64,000 bases of DNA from NCBI GenBank assembly GCA_964016885.1, contig OZ024743.1, forward strand, positions 249,860,001 through 249,924,000, written 5' to 3'. The position numbers were made by a program, and so were the translations under genes. Source of the DNA: Eledone cirrhosa. Taxonomy: Eukaryota. Below the pieces are notes generated by a model, which was not told where the DNA came from, did no database searches, and saw only the letters and a program-made list of their open reading frames with translations. Shown one piece after another: positions 14,138 to 28,739 of the stretch; positions within the stretch are counted from its first letter, which is position 1, and every line of letters starts with the position of its first letter.

Positions 14138-15159
14138 TATTATTATTATTAATATTGTTGTTGTTACATGATGATGATTATATAACATTCTAGAATAAAC
14201 TTTATCTTTCAACAATAAACATTCAGATTAAATGATGTACACATTTTATGAACATTTTAATGAAAGATTTTCAAAAGTTTCTGCCAATACTAAAATAATA
14301 AATTTATGATATTTAATCATTTTGATACCAACTCACCCAAAACCAGCTCTGGTTCTATGAAACAAAACCAACCGTTTTAAAGATTTCTTATTTAACACTT
14401 TTATTACCATATTTCTAATGAAAACACTGCCTATGATTTTTTTTCTATGTTATATTATATTAAAGATAATCAAGATTTGGAACAATTTAGTTTCATAACT
14501 CACTTTTTCACTACTACAATGGTGTTTGGAAGCTAACTTAACAAAGGTTAATGATGGAAGGTTTTTAAATAAATATAAACACTGACCCAGGGACAATTTC
14601 ATGCAGTTTGGTATAAAAAAAAGGTTAAATTAAAAACCTTCCAACATAATTTGATATAAAATCCTTTTGTTGTAGAAATAATTAATCATCTTAGTAAATC
14701 TTTCCAAATCCTTCATTAAATAATTGAAATGCAGCGTATTTCATTAGAAATGTGGTCACGAAAGGGTTAAAGACATTTTATCTGGGTTAAAGATTGTAAG
14801 ACACCAAAAAAAGATGACAAAAAACAGGAAGGAACATAAAAAAACTGTAGCACTATCACAAACCAACCCTACAGCAAGCTTACAAGCTGTCTAATGACAA
14901 AAACAAAAGCAGAAGCAAGCAAATGAAGGCCAAAACACACTCATATGTACAATGATGATGGTGGGAATGATGGAGTAGGTGGTGGTGGAGATAGTGGGGC
15001 GATGTTGATGATGAAGAAACCTTAAGTATCTTACTTAGGGAAACAATATAAACACACACACACACATAACCGAGAAGTTTAGATCCTTATCAAACTAGTC
15101 ACAATATCTAAATAACAACAGTGATAATGATGATGATGATGATAATAATAATAATAATA

Positions 15160-15307
15160 ATTGTTTCTACTTTTGGCACAAGGCCAGCAATTACCCAGTG
15201 TATTACTGGTACTTTATTTTATCGACCTCGTAAGGATGAAAGGCATAGTTAACCTCAGAATGGCAAGGGCCGTAACTCTACGCGTCAAAACATGGCGTCC
15301 GACCCTC

Positions 15308-15343
<36 letters not shown>

Positions 15344-16004
15344 TTTCTACTATAGGCACAAGGCCAGCAATTTGGGAGGAAGGGAAAGTCGATTAAATCG
15401 ACCCCAGTGTATTACTGGTACTTTATTTTATATAATAAGTTCTGATTTAGACAGAAGACCAACAACTTGAGGGGGGGGGGGTCAATCAAATTGACCCAGT
15501 GCATTACTGGTACTTATTTTATCGATCCTGTAAGGATGAAAGGCAAAGCTAACCACAGCAGGATTTGGAATCAGAATGTAAAGGAATGTAACTATATGCT
15601 GCAAAGCATGTTGTTTGATGCTCTATCAATTCTGCCAATCGATGAATGATGATGGTATCAGATGTATCATGATTTATGGTGTATGATGGCTATGATGACT
15701 ATAATGGTTATGACGACTATGATGGTTATGACGACTATGAGGGTTATGACGACTATGGTGGTTATGGCTATGTTGTATGGTGGCTTATGATGTTTAATAA
15801 ATAACTATGGCAATGATAGCTATGATATGATGATTTATGATGGCGTTGGTAGTGATGATAGTGATTTTTTCAAGGATGAATTGCAGCTGTGAAATGTGAA
15901 TTTGAAGCAACTTTTTGTGCAAAGCCCAGAATGTAATGAAAATTTTGAAATAGAAACATCATCTTTATCTACTTAGATGTTGCATTACACAACAACAACA
16001 ACAA

Positions 16005-16048
<44 letters not shown>

Positions 16049-16270
16049 ATAATAATAATTATTGTTCTACTTTAGGCACAAGGCCAGCAATTTGAAGGGA
16101 AGGAGAAAGTCGATTGAATTGACCCCAATACATTGCTACTACTTTATTTTATTGACCTCATCCAGATGAAAGGCAAAGTTGACCTCTGTGAAATATAAAC
16201 TGAAAAAGTAGAAAGGCGTAACTAAATACCGCAAAGCATTTTGTCCGACACTCTACCAATACTGCCAATA
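15160..16270 (-). mobile_element. Cluster of family-A SINE copies separated by (AAT)n and (ACT)n
   Basis: Repeated TTTCTACTTTTGGCACAAGGCCAGCAAT...TTACTGGTACTTTATTTTATCGAC at about 15161, 15343, 15445 and 16065. Confidence 0.8.
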
Positions 16271-16284
16271 TAATCATAACAACA

Positions 16285-16336
<52 letters not shown>

Positions 16337-17037
16337 TGTAATAATAGTTAATTTAAAAGAAGTGGTTGTTAAACTTTAGAGCCAAACTAGATGCTGCAAA
16401 GACTAAGAGCGGAAAAGGGTGGGGGATGTAATAACCAAAACAAACAGAACATATAAGAGACTGATATTGTAATTGCTAGCAATATGTATAAAAAAAACAA
16501 TAACAACAACAACACATAATAATAACAATAGAACTAATAAAACAAAATGAAATGTGTGGAGTGGCTTGGGATCAGGGAGTGGGGTAGGGTTTGGGTGGGT
16601 AGTGGGGAGGGGACTGGAGTTAAAAGGGGGTTAAAAGAAAGAACCAGAAGCAACTGATATATGATGCAGCAAAAGGTGCAATCAGGGTTTCAAACATAAC
16701 ACCCAGCAGTGGCAGCAGCAACGAAGCAGTGAGTCAACAACAATGCATACTTTTCTCCTCCTCCTGTTGCTTCTGTCGGCGACCCATTGGTGACACGGAC
16801 AGCGGGGTTCTCTTTGATGTGATGGTGGTGGTGATGGTGGTTGTGGTGGTGGTTGTTGGTAGCATTTGGAGTAGAAGTAGAAGAAGTAGTAGAGATGGCA
16901 GGACTACCAGGTGTAGCAAAAACTACAAGGAACAACTGTCTTATCTGTAGTAGGAGTAAGAGGAGTAGTAGTAGTAGCAGTATTGGTAGGTGTAGACAGG
17001 TTGCTACTATTACTGGTGGTGGTGGTGGCACCAATGT

Positions 17038-17289
17038 TCATATTGGTGCCCGATGCACCATTGGTGGTGGCAAAGGCGCTGTTGTTTGAGATAGTCGTCG
17101 TGCAAGATTTAGCACCAAGTCGTTTTGCTCTTCCATCGGTGCATAGGAAACGAGTGAAGATGTTGCTGGAGACGGCAAGTTGGAATGGTTTTTCCTGCCT
17201 GTAAATGTACCGAGGTGCCTACCATTGCTGATAATGGAATCCCCTCCTGGGCTATGTAGAAGACTGTCACCACCACCAATTTGATTCCG
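17038..17289 (-). CDS. Probable terminal coding exon of the protocadherin (83-aa cytoplasmic tail RNQIGGGDSLL...PPPMVHRAPI*)
   Basis: Acceptor TTTTCCTTGTTATCTCTGCCAG|CGG at 17290/17289 is phase 0 and matches the phase-0 donor at 34886. Unique, GC/CpG-richer sequence amid repeats. Linkage is inferred and intervening exons are not excluded. Confidence 0.68.
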   Translation of the reverse strand, partial: RNQIGGGDSLLHSPGGDSIISNGRHLGTFTGRKNHSNLPSPATSSLVSYAPMEEQNDLVLNLARRLSQTTAPLPPPMVHRAPI

Positions 17290-17394
17290 CTGGCAGAGAT
17301 AACAAGGAAAATGGTTCAGTAAATATGACACAAAAAAGAAAAGATATCATTATGTGTAGCTCTCTCTCTCTCTCTTTCTCATATATATATATAA

Positions 17395-17426
<32 letters not shown>

Positions 17427-17545
17427 ACATATATATATATATATATATGTATATACACACATATATATATATAAATATGCACAAGCACACAAACATATAC
17501 ACATATATATATAATATACAGTTATATTATATATGAGTCCCAGGT

Positions 17546-17733
17546 TCAATCGGGGGTAACCACAGTAATTAAGGTACTCAATACATTAGTAGAGTGTATA
17601 TAACAAATTTAATATAGAAATGGCTTCTGCAGGACTAGAACTGTCTCACTCAAAGGAAAGCTTTCCTGATTATTTCCTTCGAATGAAACAATTTTAGTCC
17701 TGTAGAAGCCATTTCTATATTAAATTTGTTATA
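17546..17733. mobile_element. Fold-back of Penelope-like termini: palindrome 17599-17733 with a degenerate hammerhead on +
   Basis: Arms of about 60 bp, TATAACAAATTTAATATAGAAATGGCTTCT.CAGGACTA.. and its reverse complement. GCTTTC-CTGATTA-tTTCcttcGAAt-GAAA-CA..TG-TA-GAAGC at 17660-17709 is homologous to 9355-9408. Confidence 0.65.
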
Positions 17734-18132
17734 AATATATATATATTTTAAAAATGCATATATATAAAATTATTCAAAGCAAAAGCTTCAATCTCTCCTG
17801 ATCTCAAAGTACCATTCTTTTTACACCCAACAATGGAAACAGCAAACTCAGAGTAACAACAGAGTAAAACATTGGCTTTGGATAAATGACTAATTTCAAC
17901 TACCTATATTGAATGAAGTTCTTTTGTTTTTGTACATCCAAATGCACAGACTCACATATATATATAGACAAATATACATATATATATATTAAAGTGTTAA
18001 ACAATATTCAATGAGTATGTCAAAGAATGAGTTTTACAGTAGATTGGAAGCACTCTACGGGAAATAATTTTCCTGAGTTATTAATATTAAAATACAAATA
18101 TTAATAAAATAGATGTTCTTTTGATCAATTAC

Positions 18133-18203
<71 letters not shown>

Positions 18204-18516
18204 TTGCAAATATTTATCAATATAAGTATGTGTGTAAGGGTGTGTATGCATAATTTTATATATCAAGATAATGAGGGGTAGTTCAAAGAAATACATTTGA
18301 ATACAAAAAAAATATATATATGCATTTATATATATGTATGTATATATTTATATATGCATATATATATATATGTATATATATGCATATACATATGCATATA
18401 TATATATGTCTATATATATGCATATATATATATATATGTATATATATGCATATATATAAATGTATATATATCTATATATCATCATCATCGTTTAATATAT
18501 ATATATATATATATAC

Positions 18517-18551
<35 letters not shown>

Positions 18552-18923
18552 CTCACATATACATGTGTATGTATCTATACATGCATATATATATATGTAT
18601 ACACAACTGTACAGAAGATTTCACCAAAACACATCCTTATATTAATGGAGGATATATAAGTAGTATAAAGTAATATAAATTTTTCATTACGTTTGGTATT
18701 GTAAAATTCTTTATTGAGAATAAAAATTAATTAACTTGAAAAAGAAATTACCGAGTAAGAAATGGTAATATCAAAATATTTCCTATTTAAAAATTAAGTT
18801 TGTCAAAAATCATAAAATTTTCTTGGTTATTATTTATTCATTTATATATATATACTTCGCAGGGGAACTGTTTTTAGAAAATATGATATTGGAAAAAAAT
18901 TAAAACAATACAAAGAATAAGGT

Positions 18924-19024
<101 letters not shown>

Positions 19025-19235
19025 AATATATATATATATATATATACATATAAATACCACACATGTATATCATGACTCATACACTGTTCACTTTCCTGAC
19101 ATTTGTACATTATTCTATGTACTATACATGCACCATTGATGAGTTGTAGTGCACCTGAGCACTGTACACAATAATTTCATTATTATTATACATATACGTA
19201 TATATATATATACATATACATATATATATATACAT

Positions 19236-19294
<59 letters not shown>

Positions 19295-19619
19295 TGTGTG
19301 TGTGTATATAAATATATATATATATGTGTATCAGTGTGTGTTTCTATAAATGGTAAATGAAATGAATCTCTGTTCCATCAGTGTTTCCAATGGTAAAAGT
19401 CTCACATACATATGCTTATGAATCACATTAATATACACATATATACATACAAGAGTCTGTTTCACTTACAAGCACATACATGAGCCTTACAAAAAAACAA
19501 AAAAACACAGGATCCAGTAATATGAGTGGGAGAAAATTTCAAATCTTTTAAAATCCCAAAATCACAAGTTTGCTATTCATGGTGATATATGGCATATAAG
19601 CACACATATATCTATCTAT

Positions 19620-20160
19620 CTAGGGTGGGTAAAATTTCCGAGATCCATGGACAAGTTCTCTCCAGCGGTTGCTGTCCCTTATTATCACTGCCATGTCCTG
19701 CATCTCCAACAGACCAGTGTCTGTCCTTAGGGCATCAACATACGTTAACCTTGGTCTTACTCTTCTAGTGTGTCCATGTAGGGGCTCCCACATGAGCACT
19801 AAGTGCAATGTCAACTCTGGATGTCGGTGAGCATGTCTAGCTAACCTCAGTCTCCTCTGATATCACTGCTCTACACCAAAGCCCAAGTCATTACACCTGA
19901 TGGGATGACAGAGTTCTTTGAGATACTGGCTGGAGTGCTCCAGGGAGATACATTGGCTCCCTACCTTTTTATCATCATAGTGGACTATTGTATGCACCTT
20001 GCACTGGAGAAACACCAGGACTCTGGCTTTACTGTAGCACCAGCTCAGAGCGGGAGAGTTAAGGCGAAAAAGATATCAGATGCAGAATTTGCCGACGACA
20101 TAGTTTTGGTGACAAATACAGTGAAGGAGGCAGAGGATTTGATGCAGGAGGTTGAGACTG
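19620..20160. mobile_element. RTE-like LINE remnant in two inverted pieces
   Basis: 19866-20160 (+): TPDGMTEFFEILAGVLQGDTLAPYLFIIIVDY...FADDIVL (RT core). 19620-19865 (-): RRLRLARHAHRHPE..WEPLHG..RPRLTYVDAL (C-terminus). Confidence 0.8.
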
Positions 20161-21867
20161 TAAATTTGTTATATACACTCTACTAATGTATTGAGTACCT
20201 TAATTACTGTGGTTACCCCCGATTGACACACACACATATATATATATATATATATGTATATGTATATACACACACATACATACATGCATACATACAAACA
20301 AGCATATACATGCATATAGAAACACACATACATGCACTCCCACATATACGTACACATACACACATGAATATGATAATGATAGTATATACATATATAAAAA
20401 CCTATAGCACATATTACTTTGTTATATTAATGAGTGTGTGGTTGTATGCATATGTGTGTATTTGCACGCATACTTGTTTATTTGCGTGTTGTGCCTTTTA
20501 TATTTAAATATTAGTGTAGATAATTGAAATCTATTTAAAGTTATGTAAATTTGGAATTATAGAAATAGTAATTCCATTTTCAAATTATGAAGTTATATTA
20601 ATGATGATATTTAGTAATATCTAAGAGATAAAACTATCTTAATACAGTCATTTAACTCTTAATATCCTGTACCACATGAAACTACATTAACAAGACATTC
20701 TTAAAAAGTACAAAACAGCCCTAAGACTGCATCATACTAAAAGACTTTGTAGAGAGAGTAACTTATTTGAGATAGATGAGGCCCTCTAACCTGTCTAGGA
20801 AGTCAAACTTGATTTGTAATGACTCTTGGAACCCATGCCCACATAGAAAAATGGATGTATGATGATAATGATGAAGATCTTTTCTTCTTCAGTCACTTAC
20901 TCCTGGGAGGGATGTGGGGACAGAGTCCTAAGACATTTTCCAGAGAGTCCTATTGGAAACAACTGTTAGTGAATGATCTGGCTGGATTTCCAGGTGTGAC
21001 CATTGGTTTCATCAGGATGATTAGATAGATAATATACATCTGCTTAATTTATCTTTACTTTGAATTATAAATTTTAGCAATCAATCACTTGTGTATCTGA
21101 CTTGTTTGGATATGTATTTAAATATTTCTGTACTGAAAGTATTTATATTAAAGTAAATGTTTTTTTTATGGTTCATATATTCCTACCAATTAGTAGTTTC
21201 CTTTAATATTTCAAGTAAAATTGCAAAATATGTTTAACTATCCAAGCATCCAATCATCCACTTTATGAAAACCACCACAAGTTATTAATAGATACATATC
21301 CCCCCCCCCCCCCCCCCACTGCCCCACCCAATACCCCCTCACCCAATAGAAACAAGACTAAACTGTCAGGAAACAAGCACATGCTTCTCTAAATAGTTTC
21401 TGTATTTACTATAATGCAATTGTTAATGATTTCTTCGTTCATCATCTTTTATTGACGATTCTATTAATAATTGCAAATTAAAATATTTTTTGCTTTATTT
21501 TTTAACTCTTATTCAAATTCTTTTTTATTCTTTTCATGTCATCGAAATATTCTGCTCACCCACTCTCATCACTTCCTTTCTTCAAATGAAATCTATTTTA
21601 AATCTTATCAAAATAACAGACATTAAAATTCCAAATTTCATTCCATTTCATTTTCAACTAGTTTATTTCAAGGTTTCTCTTGTTTATTTCAAATGTGGTA
21701 GAACAGTAGAATGGTTTGATGATGTGAAGAAGAGAAAAAATTCTTTCATGAGAAAGAGAGAAGAAATTATTTATTGGTCACAGTACTCAAATAGATAGCA
21801 TTCCAACTGTGACTATCCTGACTGCTTCTGAGGAATAATATATCCAGTACATCAGTACTGTGAAAGT

Positions 21868-22485
21868 ACATGGCTTAGTGACTGGAGAGTTGGATTCACA
21901 ATTGTGAGGTTTTGAGTTTGATTCCTTGACTGGGCAATGCATTGTATCATCACTGGTGCCAAGCTGTATAAACCTTTGGCTTTTCTATGAATGACTTTGG
22001 TTGCATGGAGGGGAGGCTGACACGCATGGGCAATTACTGGTTTTCCACAAAAACACCTTGCCCAGAATTGGGCCTTAGAAGGGAACTTTCTAGATGCAAA
22101 ACCCATAAGGGTGGGGTCTTTACTTAAGTACTCTAATTAATGAATGACATTTCAGCTAAGTCTATCCGGACTTTTTCTTAGGAATAATATATCCAGTACT
22201 ATGTTATCTTCTAATGTGGATGCTAGCATGGTTGAATGGTTAAGAATTTTGATTTGTAATCATGAGTTCTCAGGTTCAATCTTACTGGGTGACATCTTTA
22301 CCATAGTATTGGGTTAACTTATGCCTTGTATGTGAAACTGGGTAGAGTGAAATTGTGTGGTCGCCTATCAAATAGACTGAACCTGTAATTCAAAAGGCCA
22401 ACAATATCATATAGTGTGTCATACTGATTCAGCTCAGAAATTGCAGTGAGGGTACACATGTCTCTGGAATACTCAGTCACATATA
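21868..22485 (+). mobile_element. Degenerate family-B SINE copies
   Basis: CATGGCTTAGTG..GTTTGATTCC head at about 21870. CATGGTTGAATGGTTAAG..GGTTCAATC head at about 22228. Bodies match 3880-4000 and 57290-57480 in reverse. Confidence 0.55.
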
Positions 22486-22667
22486 CTATAATACAAAGTG
22501 TGCATACAATTGACCAAAAATAAACCGAATCTTCACCTAACAAAGGATCCACCATTATCATCACATTAATGGATAAATAGTGCTCTAATTCAGACTGCTT
22601 AGTTTCCATCGCACACAAACATACATACACACATATACCTATACACACAGACATACACACACAACCA

Positions 22668-22708
<41 letters not shown>

Positions 22709-24325
22709 AATGCTATGTGCAGAGAGATGAGACAGTATTCTATAACTATATAACTATATTCCAGTCCAGTCTGAATTCATTCTTTATAACGAAAAAGACA
22801 AAAACTAAACAAAAAATAAAAATAGTATGTCATAGTTACCATTATAATATATATGTGTGTGCGTGTGCATGCGTGTATGTATATATATATATGTGTGTGT
22901 GTGTGTGCATGTATATATATATATATATATTTATATATATCGTAAGAGATATGCCAGCAGTCGAAGTCTATGATAGAGTTATATCTATATAAATACAGAG
23001 TGTGTAACCAAAACTGTACCAATGTGTACTCATATCTCTTACTATTGTCTTTTTAATACTTAAGGGAGTTGTAGGGGCCCCATATTGACATATGACATTT
23101 CTAGGGAATTTTAAAACCTGGCAGAGCCCATCACCTCTCCAGGTCTGAATACAGTAGCTTTCTTTCAAATAAGGATAGAGAGTGAGAGAAAGGAAGTATG
23201 ACAGAGATATAGAGGAAGAATTGACCTCAGTGCTAGACTGGTACTTTTTTATCGACCTTAAATGGATGAATGGCAAAGCTGATTTCACAAGGATTTGAAC
23301 TCAGAAAGCAGAGAGTTGGAACAAATACAGCAAAGCACTCTATCTGATGTTCTAATGACTCAGCCTATTCGCCAGCTCTCTATTATATACCTTAATTAAT
23401 TACCAACATGAGCACTAATTTTATGCAAATTAGTATGTCCATTTCAGAATAATACTATGAGAAAATGGGTATATATACTTATCAAATACATGTTTCCTTG
23501 GAGTTGATTAGATGATATACATCTTTTAATGAGGGTTCAATAAAATCCGAAAATCGATTAAAGATAATATTGATAATAACAAAAATTATTGTTACAGGGA
23601 AATATATATTTTCTGGCATATTTACATGCCTACATATTAGATATGTGTATATATTTATCCATGTCGGTGCAGTCTGAGTTACACATTGAATTTATACAGA
23701 TAAAACTTTATCATATACATATATACATATATATATATACACAACTCATGCCAGTATGGAAAAGCAGGCACTGACACTGAATAATGAATATATATATTTG
23801 TTTAATAATTAGCATTATTCATTAACAACAATAAAATTAAAGGTAGACACATTGTTCATATATTCATTTGGTGTATCTATAAGAAAACAGCTTAATTTTT
23901 ATAAAAGAAAGATTATTAACATTAATGTGGTGAACAAAAGATTAAAGAACAAAAGAATTAAACACAATAATTAAAAGAAACCATGGGGTAAAAACATAAA
24001 TAATGGCAGGGTAGACAAAGACTCTCCCTGATGATAGCTGTTAGATGCAGGAGTACAGCAATTAGTGAAAAATGATTCATTTAAAAAAAGTTCTTGTTAT
24101 CAATTAACTCTTAACATCCTGTGTTGTATGAATCTGCATTAGCAAGACATTCTTGAAAATTCAAATCAGCATTCTGACATTAAAAATTGAAGTCTTTCAT
24201 TTATTCATTTTTCTTTTTTGCAATTTTTCACAGGGGTCAGTCCATTAGTAAAGATACTATAAATACTTGAATTAACAAACCTGTTTTTAGATATTTTCTG
24301 CTAAATCATTACATGTTAATATATA

Positions 24326-24424
24326 CAGGATGTCCCCCAAAAATGTATACACACTTCAACAGCATTCTAATAAATATTGCCTGTACAGGTAATCAAAGTG
24401 TGTATACATTTTGGGGACACCCTG
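24326..24424. mobile_element. 99-bp Tc1/mariner-type MITE
   Basis: TA|CAGGATGTCCCCCAAAAATGTATACACACTT ... AAGTGTGTATACATTTTGGGGACACCCTG|TA, TIRs of about 30 bp. Confidence 0.85.
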
Positions 24425-24445
24425 TATACACACACTCATATATAT

Positions 24446-24526
<81 letters not shown>

Positions 24527-25654
24527 TAGGTAGGTATAAACCTGACCATAATGCTAAGCAGTTTCAGCTTGTGCTCAGTAAACCTTTTCGCCGAAACCAC
24601 TTTGTGTCACAGTTGGGTTTAAACATTTCTCTACACCCACTCTGCATCTTCCCATGCATTGAGTGCTCCCTTGATTTTGTAGCACTATGGCTGCATCATA
24701 TTAAACATTCATGTCTTTAGTTTACTTCTAATTTTCACAATGATCTGTCAACAAGTAAAGATGCTATAAATATTGCAATTAACTAAACAATTTTAGGGCA
24801 ATTTATTCTAAATCATTACAAGATGTTAAGAGTTAATTTAATTAAATAATTAATAAGGTGAGCTGTTGATACACACACAAAAATGGAATTTCATATCAGT
24901 GTTTTTTTTTAACAATCTGTAGATAAGGAATAAGTACTCCGTTAGTGAAGTGATGAAAAGAAAAATACTATTACAGTGTAAAAGAAAAGTAGATCCCATG
25001 TTCCTAAATCAAAGAACTGTATTTTGGTCAAAACGAATAGAAAAATTAGACCTATAATGTTGACTGCATGAGATTAAAAATATCAAACTCTTAAGTTTCA
25101 TTCTTGTCTTGTTGGCTCAATCCTTGTAAAAGATATATGTATATATTTTATGTTTTGTTTCAAAGATACTTAAAAGGAAATTCAAAAATGTTATATATGA
25201 AGGAAAGGAAAGGGTTGATTCTTAAATTGGACCAAGGAAATAACATTTCCATAGTTTTTTTCCCCCAGTGTTCATACTATCTCCTGGTTACAACTCCTGC
25301 TAAAATATAATTTGAACGAAACAAGCTATGTTTCCAGTGGTCTTCACATTGTTGATACTTCCTAACACAACGTTTCTGATAACAGGAGGAGTATTTGAAC
25401 TACAGAATGTATAGAGCTGGAACACATATCACATTGGGTGCTTTACCAATTCTGCCAATCCACTTGACTGGTACTTTATCTACCTCCAAAAGGATGAAAG
25501 GTGAATTTAACCATGGTGGGATTTGAAATCAAAATGCAGAAAGGCAGAACAAATACTGCAAAACATTTAACCGGATGCTTTAACAACTCTGCTGATACAT
25601 CCCTTAATCTCTCAATTGCCCTCTATATTTCTTATTTTAAGCTAAGATTCATTA

Positions 25655-25689
<35 letters not shown>

Positions 25690-27521
25690 CATTATTATAT
25701 AATTATTTTACATAGACAATGAGCTGAAAAGTGAAAGTTAAAGTATACATTTAATTAAACATTTAATATTTTGTTCTATTCTTTTCTTTTCTTTCGTTAA
25801 AAAAGAGTTAATAATTTCATTTTCACTTCAAAGACTAAAGGAAAAAGTGAAAAGAAAGAAAGAAAAAAAAAGAAAAAAGACATTGATGGGTATACGATAA
25901 ATTTCTTTGGTTCATTGATAAATTTTGTATCACAAACGTTTTACAAGAAACAGCTAAGGTACTTAATGCAACACAATGCACTCTACAAAAGGTTGTTGTT
26001 ATTAATTGAGAATTTAAATATGATAATCACGCTAGTAGTATTATTTCAAGAATCATGAGTCTGTGTGTGTGTGTGTGTATGTGTATATATATATATATTT
26101 ATGGAGAGAGAGAGAGAGAGAAAGAAAGAAAGAAAGAGAGATACTACATATGGTTTCATGCAATTTTCTTACCCAGTTCTCAGGGGGCTGATGTAAGAAG
26201 AAGGGAAAAAAGAGAAATTATGAAAAAATGGAATAATAATAGTTATATCCTGTTATAAAATATAAGACCTGATGCAAAGGAAATTATTATTATTATTATC
26301 ATTATTATTATTATTTGTATTCATTGTTTGTTTCATTTTACTTGTATAAAATACTACTACTATAGTTGAACCTATACATAACCATATCTATAATGAAATA
26401 CATTGTCTCTGTCTTTATGGGTTTCAGCTACGAATTTAATAAAATAACTTTTTGTTTTGCATTGTCACAGCTGAATGGGCCTACCCTGACTATGCTTTTC
26501 TAAGCAAGAAGAAATAAACCAAGACACCTTTAATGCCAGTGAAGTGATAGAGTAATCTGGGGTTTTGTGTAGAGTTCTCCCTGAAACTATCCTAAAGTTC
26601 AGTCCTTCCTATTGGAAATCTTGTCCTATTTGGCAGTTGAGATTGTTTTATTATCAATATTACTTTAAAAATGTCTATTATTCTTATTCCGACTGTTTTC
26701 ACTTCATGTCCCCTTTCCTTTACTCAATGTAAACCCTACTTTGTATTGTTTTGCCCTTGTATTGTCCACAGTGCCTTGGGTTGTTGGGGCTAATTAAAGA
26801 AATAATTGTTAAACTACTGTTCACAACATAATGTAAAAAAGGTTCTCCCAAATTATGATGGAGATTTTAATATAAATATAAACAATTTAAGGTGAGAGGA
26901 CAGAACTCAAGGGTGGTCTGAAGGAGGATGGGGAGGGGGTTGGTCTCAAAAGGGTTAAAAGAAAAACTAAAATCTCCCAGTTGTGAATTAACTAGAATAA
27001 CCAGAAAAGCGAAAATCATATACATAAACCAAGAATAAATTTTAATCCTTTTGTTGCTGTTAATTTTAATAAGATACTACTTATGATTTTGAAAATAATC
27101 AAGAATTTAGAGAGATTTAGAAATGCAACTAACTTTCTTCATGGTATTTAAAGAATAACTTAACAAAGGTTCTTACTTAAAATTATGATGGAAGGTTTTT
27201 AGATAAATATAAACACTTTTAACTCTTTCATTATCATATCTAATGAAAGGATTTACAAATAATTTTTAAAATAATAAAGAATTTGGAAGGATTTAGTAGG
27301 ATAACTAATTTTTCTCATTTTTAAGCTGCTGTTTACAGCATAATTTAAAGATTCCTACATAAAATTATGATGTAAGTTTTTAGATAAATATAAACACTTG
27401 AAATAAATAATTTAGTATCATAGAACCAGGGTAGTTTCAGGCAGTTTGATATCAGATGAGTTAAACTGGTTTTAGAAGATTAATGTGAAACCATTGCTTG
27501 TTTGTTATTCCTATTTGTTAT

Positions 27522-27718
27522 TGTGGAAGAGTCATTTTAACTATTCCGTAAAACACACTCAAAAATTGTGAAATTCACTTTACATTTATCATTTATTTCC
27601 TGGTGTCAAAAATTTTGTTGTACTGTTTGCAACCTGGTCATAAGAAATAAATGATAAATATGAAGTGAATTTAACAGCTTTTGTGTGTTTTTTGAATGAC
27701 TATAATGATTCTTCCATG
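27522..27718. repeat. Imperfect palindrome, arms about 80 bp
   Basis: TGGAAGAGTCATT..AAATTCACTTTACATTTATCATTTATTTC versus GAAATAAATGATAAATATGAAGTGAATTT..AATGATTCTTCCA. Confidence 0.75.
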
Positions 27719-28739
27719 ATGTAATTGCTTTAGTTTCAACACACACTTGCAGACAAAATCACTTGCCAAATAAGTACAATTCTGCTATTTGTTATTTTTC
27801 TTGGCAAATTATCAAATAACTTTTTTGTGATTTTTCTTCTTTTCTCTTTTTCCAGCTAAAACATAGTTTATCAATAAATTTTAGTCTCAAAACATTTATG
27901 GAAACTTTTCAGTTCAAGCCATTTTCTCTTTGTTCTAGTTGCTACCATTTTTCAGTGTGGGTGGATGTTTATATATATATAGTACTTGCTTGCATAACAA
28001 ATAGATGTTAAATGATGACTGATGGTGATATATATACACACGTGGCTATTTGCATTCTTTTTCTGGCTATCACTTTAGTTGAATGTATAGTGATCCTGAT
28101 TACCATTGGTCACATTTGGAATTGAACTCAGAATGTAAATGGCTGGAAAAATACCACAAAGTACTCTGTCTGATACTTTAATCCTTCTGCCAATTTGCTA
28201 CCAATTCTAAGGACATTAACAATAGGATTCTAGATGGAAATCAATAATAGATAATTACAACAAATAATAATAGGTAACACATTCAAAATACAGGGCTCAT
28301 AACTATATCTGGTGGCTCTATCTGTATGTATCTGATTTAAAATAGGTACACAATATCCATATCATATGAGAGGATTAAAAGGGTTGGTGTCAGAAACGAT
28401 ATCTGGCTATAAAATATTGTCTCAAAAAGAACTTCATGATCAGTATAAAGCTTATCAGTGGGGGCTGCAAGACTAACCCTTACTTTAACAGCAAAAAATA
28501 CACTTAAAAACTCTTATTAGTGTTTTGATGATGTGATCTATGAGAAACTGTAGATTTTTGATGATGTGATCTATTAGAAACTGTAGATTTTGGCCAAATG
28601 GTTAAGAAGTTTACTTAATAATCATAAGTTCTCAGGTTCAACCCAATCGTGTGGTATTTGTGGAAAGTGTCATTTACTATAGTATCAAGTCAAACCCAGA
28701 CAGTGTGGATTGCAGATCCCCAAATTCAAGCTGTCTCAT

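Noticed and set aside
16690-17034. 114-aa poly-Pro/Leu/His ORF after the tail stop
   Set aside because: Non-ATG start and trinucleotide-repeat composition typical of UTR sequence.
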